63,328 bases of DNA. It comes from a bacterium (GTDB lineage Bacteria; Zhuqueibacterota; Zhuqueibacteria; Oceanimicrobiales; Oceanimicrobiaceae). Within the stretch, counting starts at the first letter, position 1. Each line of letters begins with the position of its first letter. A program made the translations under genes and the position numbers. Location of the stretch: NCBI GenBank assembly GCA_037446635.1, contig JBBIIG010000022.1, positions 1-63,328 on the forward strand, written 5' to 3'. Shown piece after piece: positions 18,507-27,614 of the stretch. A model generated the notes under the pieces. It searched no databases and had not been told where the DNA came from. It saw nothing but the letters and a program-made list of their open reading frames with translations.

Positions 18507-19682
18507 ATGACACCAACCGCCGAGAAACGCATCTATTTTGATCACAGCGCTACCACGCCAGTGGCGCCGGCTGTCGTCGAAGCCATGCAGCCATTTTTTT
18601 CCGAAACTTTTGGCAATGCATCGAGCATTCACCAGTTTGGGCAAAAAGCCAAAGTGGCGCTGGAAGATGCGCGCCGGCAGGTAGCGGCTCTGATTGGCGC
18701 CGAGCCTGCGGAGATTGTCTTCACCTCCTGCGGCACCGAGTCCGACAACTGGGCCATCAAAGGCGCGGCCTATTTTTTTGAAGGCAAGAAGAGGCATCTC
18801 ATCACCTCGATGGCCGAGCATCACGCGGTGCTCTACACATGCAACTATCTCCACCAGCACGGGTTTGATGTCACCTATTTGCCGGTGGACAAATTCGGCA
18901 TGGTGTCGCCGGCCAGCGTCGCTGAAGCCATTCGCGACGATACGTTTTTGGTGAGCATCATGCACGCCAACAACGAAGTGGGCACGATCAATCCCATCGG
19001 CGAAATTGGCAAAATTTGTCGCGAGCGCGGCGTGCTGTTCCACACCGACGCCGTGCAAACCGTCGGTAAGCTGCCCATCCAGGTAATCAACATGAATGTT
19101 GATTTACTTTCGTTGTCCGGGCACAAGTTTTATGGGCCGAAGGGAGTGGGCGCGTTGTTTATCCGCCGCGGGTTGCAGCTCGAAAAGTTCTTTCACGGCG
19201 GCCATCAAGAAAGAGATCGCCGCGCGGGCACGGAGAATGTTGCGGGTGCCGTTGGATTGGGCAAAGCCGCGGAGTTGTGTCAAACCCGAATGGAGGAGGA
19301 CGAACGTCGGCTGGCAAAATTGAGCAGCGATTTGTATTCCAGAATTCGGGAAACGATCAGCGGCGTTTATTTGAACGGCCACGAAACGCAGCGCCTGCCG
19401 GGAATCTTGAATCTCTCGTTCGACGGTGTCAGCAACGACTCGCTGATGCAGAATCTCGATCTCAAAGGCATCGCGGTGTCGGGCGGCTCCGCCTGCAATT
19501 CGGGAATGGCCGAGACCTCGCACGTGTTGAATGCCATGGGCCTGCCAATGAATTTGGCAATTTCGGCCATTCGCTTTAGTTTGGGTCGGGGCAACACTTC
19601 GGAAGACATCGATTATGCGGTTGCGGTGTTGCAGGAAGTTGTGGAACGGTTGCGGACGGTGCGGAAATCGCAGGTGGTTTAG
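18507..19682 (+). CDS. iscS: Cysteine desulfurase (IscS/NifS)
   Basis: YFDHSATTP, GNASS, HTDAVQ, SGHKFYGPKG, GSAC; upstream of mnmA. Confidence 0.92.
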   Translation: MTPTAEKRIYFDHSATTPVAPAVVEAMQPFFSETFGNASSIHQFGQKAKVALEDARRQVAALIGAEPAEIVFTSCGTESDNWAIKGAAYFFEGKKRHLITSMAEHHAVLYTCNYLHQHGFDVTYLPVDKFGMVSPASVAEAIRDDTFLVSIMHANNEVGTINPIGEIGKICRERGVLFHTDAVQTVGKLPIQVINMNVDLLSLSGHKFYGPKGVGALFIRRGLQLEKFFHGGHQERDRRAGTENVAGAVGLGKAAELCQTRMEEDERRLAKLSSDLYSRIRETISGVYLNGHETQRLPGILNLSFDGVSNDSLMQNLDLKGIAVSGGSACNSGMAETSHVLNAMGLPMNLAISAIRFSLGRGNTSEDIDYAVAVLQEVVERLRTVRKSQVV

Positions 19683-19711
19683 CGTTTGAGCGAGGGTTTG
19701 AGAAGCAAAAC

Positions 19712-20017
19712 ATGTTTGACATTGAGTGGATAAAAGAGCGGGTCAGAAGTGATCAATACTTTTTTTCAAAGCACGGTGATCAGGAAAGGCAGAATGAAAA
19801 CCTAACCGTTGATGAAATTGAAGAAGCTTTGTTGACGGGTAGAATTTTAGAGCAATATGAAGACACTGGCAGAGGCGAGAGTTGTTTAGTTGTTGGGTTC
19901 TCGCAGCGGGGTAAACCCATTCATACCGTCTGCGGCAGGCGGGGAGACTGGCTGGTTTTTGTAACCGTTTATATTCCAATACCGCCCAGATTCAAATCGC
20001 CTTATGAACGAGGATAA
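19712..20017 (+). CDS. DUF4258-family protein (putative toxin)
   Basis: SKH..., GRILEQYED..RG.SCL.VG...GKPIH.V, VTVYIP. Confidence 0.8.
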   Translation: MFDIEWIKERVRSDQYFFSKHGDQERQNENLTVDEIEEALLTGRILEQYEDTGRGESCLVVGFSQRGKPIHTVCGRRGDWLVFVTVYIPIPPRFKSPYERG

Positions 20018-20270
20018 TAAGATGAAAATCTGTAATTTTTGTGGAAACAAAAATTTTAAAATCAAAAGGGTTCAATATATTTATAAGCATGAAGGGAAAT
20101 TTCTCGTTGTCAACGATGTGCCTTGTGAAGAGTGTGAGTTTTGCGGCGAACAATATTTCGAAGCAAAAGTTTTGAAAAAGATCGAAAATGATTTCAATGA
20201 AATCAACTCATTGAAAAGAAAGGCCAAGAAAAAAATTGAAGTTCCAGTGGAAGACTTTGAGGGAGTGTAA
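20004..20270 (+). CDS. YgiT/MqsA-type zinc-finger protein (putative antitoxin)
   Basis: CNFC...VPCEECEFCGEQYF; overlaps the DUF4258 gene. Confidence 0.82.
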   Translation: MNEDNKMKICNFCGNKNFKIKRVQYIYKHEGKFLVVNDVPCEECEFCGEQYFEAKVLKKIENDFNEINSLKRKAKKKIEVPVEDFEGV

Positions 20271-20291
20271 TTTTTTGAAAGCGAAAATACC

Positions 20292-21440
20292 GTGGTAGGA
20301 TTGACAAACAATAGAGAAACCGTCGTCGTCGCCATGAGTGGCGGAGTGGACAGCTCGGTGGCGGCTGCACTGCTGCACGAGCGCGGTTACCGTGTCATTG
20401 GCGTCACCATGAATTTGTGGGACTACGCGCGCGTCGGCGGCAACATCAATCGCGACAGCGGTTGCTGCTCCATCGACACCATGGATGACGCCCGCGCCGT
20501 TTGTCACAAGTTGGGCATGCCGCACTACGTGGTGAACTTTCGCGAGCAGTTTGAAGCGGCGGTGACCGACAACTTCATCTCCGAATACCTGGAAGGCCGT
20601 ACTCCCAATCCCTGCGTGCGCTGCAACACCTACATCAAGTGGGGCGTGCTCATTCAAAAGGCCGAGGAGTTGGGTGCGGACAAAATCGCCACCGGTCATT
20701 ACGCCCGCGTGGCTTACGACGATTCCAGCCGTCGCTATCTTTTGAAGCGCGGAAGGGATACGAAGAAGGATCAATCGTATGCGCTGTGGGGCATCCGCCA
20801 GTTTGGTTTGGCGCGCACGCTGTTTCCCGTGGGCGAATTTACGAAAGATGAAATCCGCCAAATCGCCCGCCGGTTCGGTTTGCGCACCGCAGAAAAGCCG
20901 GAGAGTCAGGAGATCTGTTTCATCCCCGACAATGACTATACCCGCTACCTGCGCATGAAGCGGCCGGAGATCGAAACGCAGCTTCGCGGCGGCGAAATTG
21001 TCGATCAGTGCGGCAAGCGATTGGGTTCGCACGCCGGCTATCCATTTTACACCATCGGGCAGCGCAAGGGTTTGGGCATCTCCCTGCCTGCGCAGGCAGG
21101 GGCGCCACAGCCGGTTTATGTTACAGAGATCGATGCTGGCAGCAATCGCATCGTCGTGGGCAGCAACGATGATTTGCTACACAGCGGCTTGGTCGCAGAT
21201 AACGTCAATTGGATCGCCATCGAAAACTTGGAAGGCGAGATGGAAGTCGAGGCGAAGATTCGCTACAACAGTCCAGCGGTGCCGGCAGTTATTCGCCCCA
21301 GTGACGACGGTGTGGTCGAACTGCGTTTCATCGAGCCACAGCGCGCCGTGACCCCGGGGCAGTCAGTGGTGTTGTATCAGGGAGATGTGGTAGTGGGCGG
21401 GGGAGTGATTCGATCATATTTTAAGATCAGAAGGGATTAG
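20292..21440 (+). CDS. mnmA: tRNA 2-thiouridylase MnmA
   Basis: AMSGGVDSS, GRTPNPC, ATGHYA, KDQSY, ESQEICF, TIGQRKGLG, TPGQ. Confidence 0.97.
   Translation: MVGLTNNRETVVVAMSGGVDSSVAAALLHERGYRVIGVTMNLWDYARVGGNINRDSGCCSIDTMDDARAVCHKLGMPHYVVNFREQFEAAVTDNFISEYLEGRTPNPCVRCNTYIKWGVLIQKAEELGADKIATGHYARVAYDDSSRRYLLKRGRDTKKDQSYALWGIRQFGLARTLFPVGEFTKDEIRQIARRFGLRTAEKPESQEICFIPDNDYTRYLRMKRPEIETQLRGGEIVDQCGKRLGSHAGYPFYTIGQRKGLGISLPAQAGAPQPVYVTEIDAGSNRIVVGSNDDLLHSGLVADNVNWIAIENLEGEMEVEAKIRYNSPAVPAVIRPSDDGVVELRFIEPQRAVTPGQSVVLYQGDVVVGGGVIRSYFKIRRD
21082..21101. repeat. Perfect 20-nt palindrome in frame inside mnmA
   Basis: ccctgcctgcgcaggcaggg, encoding LPAQAG. Confidence 0.85.
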
Positions 21441-21442
21441 AG

Positions 21443-21838
21443 ATGGGACTCATTGTAAAAAAAATTATTGTGGAAGGGGATAAGGGCAAGGCAACTATCA
21501 ACACTCTTTTTGATTCCGGTGCCTCCGCTTCATTTATCCGGCGCGAAACTGCTAAAAATATTGCTACCATTGTCAAGTTACCCACTTCTTTCAAGTTTAT
21601 TCAGAGTGATGGAAAACATGAAATCACGATTCAGCATTGCATCAACGTCAATTTGACTATTAATGACGTCACCGTTTTTCAACAGCTTCTGGTCGCTGAT
21701 GAACTCTCCGAAGAATTGATCATCGGCGCCGACACTCTTCAGCACTGGAAAATCAAGCTCGATGCAGAGCACGAAGATGTAATTATCGATAAAAAAGTGC
21801 TCGAACTGAAATTAGTAGAATTCTTTCCGAAACCATGA
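21443..21838 (+). CDS. Retropepsin-like aspartic protease
   Basis: LFDSGA catalytic motif and IIGAD motif. Confidence 0.82.
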   Translation: MGLIVKKIIVEGDKGKATINTLFDSGASASFIRRETAKNIATIVKLPTSFKFIQSDGKHEITIQHCINVNLTINDVTVFQQLLVADELSEELIIGADTLQHWKIKLDAEHEDVIIDKKVLELKLVEFFPKP

Positions 21839-22620
21839 AACGACTCCTCACCATCGCCGGCTCCGACTCCGGCGGCGGCGCCGGCATTCAAGCCGACCTC
21901 AAAACCTTCCACGCCTTTGGGTGCTACGGCATGTCGGTGCTGACCGCCATCACCGCGCAGAATACCTTGGGTGTGCAGGGCGTGCATGATCTGCCGGCGG
22001 ATTTCGTGGCGATGCAGCTCGAATCCGTGGTGACGGACATTGGTGTGGATGCTGCCAAAACCGGCATGCTCTCCAACGCTGAGATCATTCGCGCACTCTC
22101 CAAAAAAATACGCGAGTTGGGAATTCCGCATCTGGTGGTGGATCCGGTGATGCGCGCCAAAAGCGGCGACCCGCTGCTGAAACAGGAAGCGCAGAGCGCG
22201 CTCATCGAAGAGATCATTCCCCTGGCGGAAGTCATCACGCCAAACTTGCCGGAGGCGGAAGTGTTAGCGGGGATGTCTTCTATCAAAACCAAAGATGAAA
22301 TGAAGCAGGCCGCGCAGCGCATTCATCAAAAGGGCGCGAAGAACGTACTCATCAAAGGCGGCCACCGTGAAGAAGACGCGCTGGATATTTTGTACGACGG
22401 CAAAGTCTTCACGGAATTTTTCGCCGAGAAAATTCGTGCCAACAATACACACGGCACCGGCTGCACCTATTCTGCCGCCATTGCCGCAAATTTGGCGCTG
22501 GGCCGCGATTTGAAGGATGCGATTTCTGTTGCGAAGAAATTCATCACCGAAGCCATTCGCCAGAGTTTCAAACTGGGTCACGGCATTGGGCCGCTCAATC
22601 ATTTTGTGAAAGTTGAATAG
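21835..22620 (+). CDS. thiD: Hydroxymethylpyrimidine/phosphomethylpyrimidine kinase
   Basis: IAGSDSGGGAGIQADLKT, KTGML, TPNLPEA, HGTGC. Confidence 0.96.
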   Translation: MKRLLTIAGSDSGGGAGIQADLKTFHAFGCYGMSVLTAITAQNTLGVQGVHDLPADFVAMQLESVVTDIGVDAAKTGMLSNAEIIRALSKKIRELGIPHLVVDPVMRAKSGDPLLKQEAQSALIEEIIPLAEVITPNLPEAEVLAGMSSIKTKDEMKQAAQRIHQKGAKNVLIKGGHREEDALDILYDGKVFTEFFAEKIRANNTHGTGCTYSAAIAANLALGRDLKDAISVAKKFITEAIRQSFKLGHGIGPLNHFVKVE

Positions 22621-22682
22621 CCTCTTCCTTTCCATGAAATTTTTTGCCCGCCAACCAATTCTTCACTCCGAAAGCCGTTTTC

Positions 22683-23231
22683 ATGAAATTCAAAATAATT
22701 GATGTTGCGCAGGTTGGCATTTTTTCGGCGCTCGCATTTGTCGGGGCCTATTTGTTCATCGCCGTCCCTAACGTTGAAATCATCACCGCCGTCATTTTTG
22801 TGGCCGGCGTTTACCTGGGCCCGAAGAAAGGACTGCTGGTGGGTTTCATCGGCCAAAGTTTATATTCAACGTTGAATCCCTATGGCGTCTCGCCGCCGCC
22901 GTTGTTCATCGCGCAGGTTTTAAATCGCATGCTGCTGGGATACCTGGGCGGGCGCATGCAAATGTTTTTGAATTCCCGGCGATCTCTGCCTTTTACCGGG
23001 GTGGTTTTAGGAGGCATCGGTTTGGCCTTAACCTGGCTTTTCGATATCACCACCGACTTCAGCTTTTTTTTCGTCGCCGGATTTTCAATGGCGCAAATGA
23101 AAACTACCTTTACTTTAGGATTGCCATTTTATCTGGTTCACGGTCTGGTCAACTTGCTGATCTTCGCACTGGTTTTGCCGGTGGTTTTGCGCGGGCTTCA
23201 ACAACTGCAATTTCCGAAAATGGCGAACTGA
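22683..23231 (+). CDS. ECF transporter S component (CbrT-like)
   Basis: About 6 TM helices, PNVE motif, G.YLGPKKG..VG; 182 aa. Confidence 0.7.
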   Translation: MKFKIIDVAQVGIFSALAFVGAYLFIAVPNVEIITAVIFVAGVYLGPKKGLLVGFIGQSLYSTLNPYGVSPPPLFIAQVLNRMLLGYLGGRMQMFLNSRRSLPFTGVVLGGIGLALTWLFDITTDFSFFFVAGFSMAQMKTTFTLGLPFYLVHGLVNLLIFALVLPVVLRGLQQLQFPKMAN

Positions 23232-23232
23232 G

Positions 23233-25053
23233 TTGAAATTTCATTTCTACAATTTTGTTTTCATCGTTCTTGCGATCGGACTCCCGTTTCATGTGTATTC
23301 CCAGGACAGCACGCGCGTCGCCGCTGCACCCATCTCATCCCCCGATACCGTGAAAAGCGAACCATTCGTAGAAGAGCTCGCAGGAGTGGTTTCAATTGAG
23401 GAAACTCGAGAACTCATTCTTGAAGACGCGGCTGATTTTCTGGCGCTCGTTCCCAGCGTCTCGGTGATTGACTTCGGCAGCCTGGGACAATTTTCGCCGT
23501 TCTCTTTTCGCGGCGAAAACCCACCCTCGGGAAAAATTTATCTGGATGATTTGCCGCTGCTGGAGCCGATTCACGGAGCGGTTCATGTTACGAACCTCCC
23601 GATCAACGTGGTCGATGAAATCCGTTTTGCAAATTTGGACGCGCTGCATTTTATCTCCCACCCGTTTTCACCGCAGCGGCCGTATTCCAAAGTCATCTTC
23701 CGTGCCGGCGATTGGGAATACACCGACATTGGATTTACTCTTTCGCTGCCGGTGACCAGGCGCAGTCAATTTTTTTTCAGCGCCAATCGCCAGGAATTGG
23801 ATGGCTTTCGTCCGGCAGTGGCAGGTTATAAAGGCGTTCATGTTTTCGCGAAGCTCACACATTCATTCAGCCCAAAAGTTAGACTCAACTATGCCGCGCT
23901 GTTAAATGACAACGACGTGGAGATCCCCGCGCCGCTGCTGCCGGATCTGGCGCCAACGGTTTCAAACGCCGAGCGCCGAGAAAACCGCCTCGATCAAAAT
24001 TTAAACGTGCAGCTTGGCAGGCAATTCGCGGCGCGACTATTTTTTTCGAATATTGAGCAGCGCTCTTTTGACGACTCTCTGCTGTTTAAGAACCGCGACG
24101 TTACGAGCGGCGTCGAAATTGAAAAGCGAATTCGTTTCGGTGGTCATCATTTTCGGATTGGCGGCGGCGCGCGTTTGGACGATCTAAATAGTGAGCAGTT
24201 AGGAAATCGTGGTGACTGGCTGGCTCACGGGTTGGTGAAAGACGAGGTCTCTTTCGCGGAGCGCTGGCGTCTTTCGCTGCAATTACAGTTTGAAAAACAC
24301 CAGGATTATTCCGCGGCGCTGCTGCCCGCTTTGAATTTGAGTTACCAATTTTCAGAAAAAAGCAAACTCTGGTTGAGCGCTCACCTGACGCGCCGCTATC
24401 CCACTTTCGCCGAGCGTTTTTGGCCAACCCCGTTTTTTAACGGCGATCCCGGTTTGGAGGCTGAGCGCCGCGCCGCGATTGAGTTGGGTGCGGCCTCCCA
24501 ATCAATCTCAAAGATTCATTTGCAGGCGGCGCTGTTCACGACGCGCGCCGACGACTGGATCGGAAACGCCGTTCAGGACGCCGCCCAGCAGTTCGGCCCG
24601 ATGAACTCGGGGGCGCGCACCATCTCGGGCGTGGGCGGCAAACTCACGTGGAAATACGCGGAATTCGGAGAAGCCGGTTTGAGCGGCTCCTTCTGGCACG
24701 TTTGGGAAGACGATCCCATCAAATCGCTTTTTGTGCCGGAGTACAAATTGTACGCGTATGTGGAAGGCGGGCGGCTTCTCTTTCAGAAGTTTGTTTTGGC
24801 AAAAATTCGTCTGATGGGCCGGCTGTTTGGAACGCGCGTGGGCTGGCAATATCAAACTGGTTCATCTGTGCCCACTCTCCGAGATCTTGGAACAAACGCC
24901 GTCCTCGATGGCCAACTTTCTTTCCAGTTCCACTCCGCGCGGCTGTTGCTTTCAATGGAAAATATCTTCAACCGCACCTACGAGCTGACGCCGGGATTTT
25001 TTATGCCTCCGCAGACGTTTCGCCTGGCCATCGAGTGGGAGTTCTGGGATTAA
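23233..25053 (+). CDS. TonB-dependent receptor / outer-membrane beta-barrel (BtuB-like size)
   Basis: Signal peptide, plug-like segment (FRG...IYLDD), ENIFN motif, terminal amphipathic strand WEFWD. Confidence 0.75.
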   Translation: MKFHFYNFVFIVLAIGLPFHVYSQDSTRVAAAPISSPDTVKSEPFVEELAGVVSIEETRELILEDAADFLALVPSVSVIDFGSLGQFSPFSFRGENPPSGKIYLDDLPLLEPIHGAVHVTNLPINVVDEIRFANLDALHFISHPFSPQRPYSKVIFRAGDWEYTDIGFTLSLPVTRRSQFFFSANRQELDGFRPAVAGYKGVHVFAKLTHSFSPKVRLNYAALLNDNDVEIPAPLLPDLAPTVSNAERRENRLDQNLNVQLGRQFAARLFFSNIEQRSFDDSLLFKNRDVTSGVEIEKRIRFGGHHFRIGGGARLDDLNSEQLGNRGDWLAHGLVKDEVSFAERWRLSLQLQFEKHQDYSAALLPALNLSYQFSEKSKLWLSAHLTRRYPTFAERFWPTPFFNGDPGLEAERRAAIELGAASQSISKIHLQAALFTTRADDWIGNAVQDAAQQFGPMNSGARTISGVGGKLTWKYAEFGEAGLSGSFWHVWEDDPIKSLFVPEYKLYAYVEGGRLLFQKFVLAKIRLMGRLFGTRVGWQYQTGSSVPTLRDLGTNAVLDGQLSFQFHSARLLLSMENIFNRTYELTPGFFMPPQTFRLAIEWEFWD

Positions 25054-25087
25054 GAAAACCTTTGAAGCGGTTAGCCGGATTTTTCTG

Positions 25088-25116
25088 TTGATTTTCAGGC
25101 GCGATTCCTTTATTTT
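25088..25116 (+). promoter_or_regulatory. Putative sigma-70 promoter positioned for a leaderless transcript
   Basis: TTGATT-17 nt-TATTTT, ending 6 nt before ATG at 25123; no SD sequence. Confidence 0.45.
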
Positions 25117-25122
25117 AGGCGC

Positions 25123-26289
25123 ATGATTTATCGGCTCTTATATCCTTTAACAGTTATATTTTTTCTGATGGGGCTGACCACCCCGCTCAGCAGCCAGTCA
25201 AAAGCGCGGAAGCACCACGAGACCCTGCGCAAAATCCGCAGCGAAATTTACGAGGTGGAAAAAGAAATCGCTGCGAATCAGAAGAAGGAAAGCTCGGTTC
25301 TCTACGTTCTCACCAATCTCGATCTGGAAATCGATTTAACCCACAGCGTGATCCAAAACCTTAAAAAGGAATTGCGCGACCGCGAGAAGCAAATCGCTCG
25401 CCTCGAAAAAAATCTGGAAACCACCGAACAGGAAGTGCAGCGCCTCAAAGACGTTCTTGCCAGGCGTCTGGTCTATTTTTACAAATACGGCCGTTTGAAG
25501 GAAATCGAACTTTTGCTCACCGCGCAGTCCATCAACCAGGGGATGCTGTGGCTGGAATATCAAAAACGATTGTCGGAGCACGACTACCGCAATTACGTCA
25601 AAATAAAAGAAAAGCAGGCGCAAATTACCCGCGACCGCGATTTGCTCACCATCGAGTTAGGGGAGAAACGCAAGCTGCTCGACGAAAAATTGAAGGAAGA
25701 GCAAAAACTGCAAATTAAGAAAAACGAGCGTCAGCAGGTGCTGGGCGCCATTCGCAACGACACCGATTTGCTGCGTCAGCAGGTGGTGGATAAAAAGCGC
25801 GCCGCCGATGAAATCCGCAACCTCATTTTGCAACTGGAGCGCACCCCGAAAGAGACGCCGCTGCCGCCGCCGAGCACGCCCTTTGCGCAATTGCAGGGCC
25901 GCATGCTCTGGCCGGTGGCGGGTAAGATCATCGCCCGCTTCGGGCAATACCGCCATCCGGAGTTGAAAACCGTCACCGAGAACATTGGCATCGATATTCA
26001 GGCGGGCGCCGGCAGCCCGGTGAAAGTGGTGGCCAGCGGCCGGGTAACCGTCATCACCTGGCAGCGCGGCCGCGGCAACATTGTGATTGTCAGCCACTAC
26101 GGCGGTTACTACACGGTTTATACCCACCTGGAGGAAATTCAAGTGGATTTGCAGGAAGAGGTGTCGATGGGGCAGATCATTGGTACGGTGGGGGAATCCG
26201 GTTCGTTAAAAGGGCCGATGCTGCATTTCGAGATTTGGCGCGGCGAAGAAAAATTGGATCCGGAAGATTGGCTGGGAAAGCAGACGTAG
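25123..26289 (+). CDS. envC: EnvC-like murein hydrolase activator (coiled coil plus degenerate M23 domain)
   Basis: Signal peptide, long coiled coil, WPVAG, NIGIDI (no first Zn His), LHFEI. Confidence 0.8.
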   Translation: MIYRLLYPLTVIFFLMGLTTPLSSQSKARKHHETLRKIRSEIYEVEKEIAANQKKESSVLYVLTNLDLEIDLTHSVIQNLKKELRDREKQIARLEKNLETTEQEVQRLKDVLARRLVYFYKYGRLKEIELLLTAQSINQGMLWLEYQKRLSEHDYRNYVKIKEKQAQITRDRDLLTIELGEKRKLLDEKLKEEQKLQIKKNERQQVLGAIRNDTDLLRQQVVDKKRAADEIRNLILQLERTPKETPLPPPSTPFAQLQGRMLWPVAGKIIARFGQYRHPELKTVTENIGIDIQAGAGSPVKVVASGRVTVITWQRGRGNIVIVSHYGGYYTVYTHLEEIQVDLQEEVSMGQIIGTVGESGSLKGPMLHFEIWRGEEKLDPEDWLGKQT

Positions 26290-26308
26290 TTTGGACACAA
26301 AAATGAAA

Positions 26309-26470
26309 TGTCACTAAGGAGGAATCTTTTCCGCGAAGCGGAGCCACCTCAGCGGACAGGCGGTGTTTCCGATTAGCAAACAGCAGGATAACGCAATAAA
26401 AAGACTCCTCCGGAGTGACACCCGATTCTCGATACTTAATTTCTCGGAAACCGATCCGCTACGCGGAAAA
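26309..26470. repeat. MITE/REP-like element with 22-bp imperfect terminal inverted repeats plus small palindromic units
   Basis: tgtcactaaggaggaatctttt (26309) and aaaagactcctccggagtgaca (ends 26420) match 19/22; ccgatccgctacgcggaaaa at 26451. Confidence 0.7.
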
Positions 26471-26532
26471 TTACGAATTCCTGAATTTTGTGCCCTTTCA
26501 ATTTTGTGAGCGATAATTCGGATTAAAAATTC

Positions 26533-27612
26533 ATGCCTTTTGAAAACATCATCGGACAAGCGCGGGTGCGAGCCTTTTTCCAGCGGGCGCTGGAGAGCGG
26601 CCGGCTTTCCCATTCCTATTTGTTCGTCGGCGAGCGCGGTGTGGGCAAGGAAGCCATGGCGCTGGAATGGGCGAAGATGCTTTTGTGTCCGCATCAAGCT
26701 CAACACCGGGAGCATTGCCCGGACTGCAACCGCATCGCTAAGTTTATTCATCCGGACGCGCATTTCCTTTTCCCGGCGCCGGCAAAAGTCAAAGAGGACG
26801 AAATCAAAAAAATCTACGCCAGCCTTGTAGATGATCCATACAATCGGCTGGAACTGTGGGCGAATCCCTCGATTTCCATCGAGCGAATTCGAGAGATTCG
26901 TCAAATTTCGGCTTACAAATCATTCGAGGGCAATGGCCGCGTCATCATCATTACCGATTGCGAGCGCATGACCATCGAAGCTGCCAACGCGCTGCTCAAA
27001 ATTTTGGAAGAACCGCCGCCGAACATGTACATCATTATGATCTCGTCGCGGCCGAATTTGCTTTTGCCTACCATCACCTCGCGCTGCCAGTTAGTGAAAT
27101 TTGAGCCGCTAGCGGCGGCCGAAATCGAGTCGGCTTTGGTTTCTCGCAATGGTGTGGATGCGGAACGAGCGCGATTGACGGCGCGGCTGGCGGCCGGCAG
27201 CTACCGCCGCGCGTTGGAATTGTTGGATGAAAATTTAGCGGAAATGCAGAACCGCGCGCTGGAATTTTTCCGCAAATGCGTGCAAACTGAAGTGGCTCAG
27301 GTTTCCTTCATTGAAGAGCTGTTAGTTGAAAGCCAGCGCGATCTCAAAAAAATCCGCGACCTTTTGATTCTGGTTTCGCTGTGGCTGCGCGACGCCATGA
27401 TTTTTAAGGAAAGCGGGCAACTCAGCGAGTTGTTGATCAATTACAATCAAACGGAAGTTTTAAAAAATTTTGTGCAATCCTGCCCGCAGGCGGATTTACA
27501 CAGTGCGGTTGCGGAAATCGAAAAATCGCTAGAGTTGATGGAGCGCAATGTTCAAATTCATTTAATTCTGATTGTTCTCATGAACAATCTCAGAAAGTTT
27601 CTCAGGAGATAA
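26533..27612 (+). CDS. holB: DNA polymerase III subunit delta'
   Basis: HSYLFVGERGVGK, Cys cluster, HPD, AANALLKILEEPP, LPTITSRC. Confidence 0.93.
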   Translation: MPFENIIGQARVRAFFQRALESGRLSHSYLFVGERGVGKEAMALEWAKMLLCPHQAQHREHCPDCNRIAKFIHPDAHFLFPAPAKVKEDEIKKIYASLVDDPYNRLELWANPSISIERIREIRQISAYKSFEGNGRVIIITDCERMTIEAANALLKILEEPPPNMYIIMISSRPNLLLPTITSRCQLVKFEPLAAAEIESALVSRNGVDAERARLTARLAAGSYRRALELLDENLAEMQNRALEFFRKCVQTEVAQVSFIEELLVESQRDLKKIRDLLILVSLWLRDAMIFKESGQLSELLINYNQTEVLKNFVQSCPQADLHSAVAEIEKSLELMERNVQIHLILIVLMNNLRKFLRR

Positions 27613-27614
27613 TT

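Noticed and set aside
22620..22683. TPP or cobalamin riboswitch ahead of the ECF S-component gene
   Set aside because: The gap is only about 60 nt and has no recognisable aptamer consensus.
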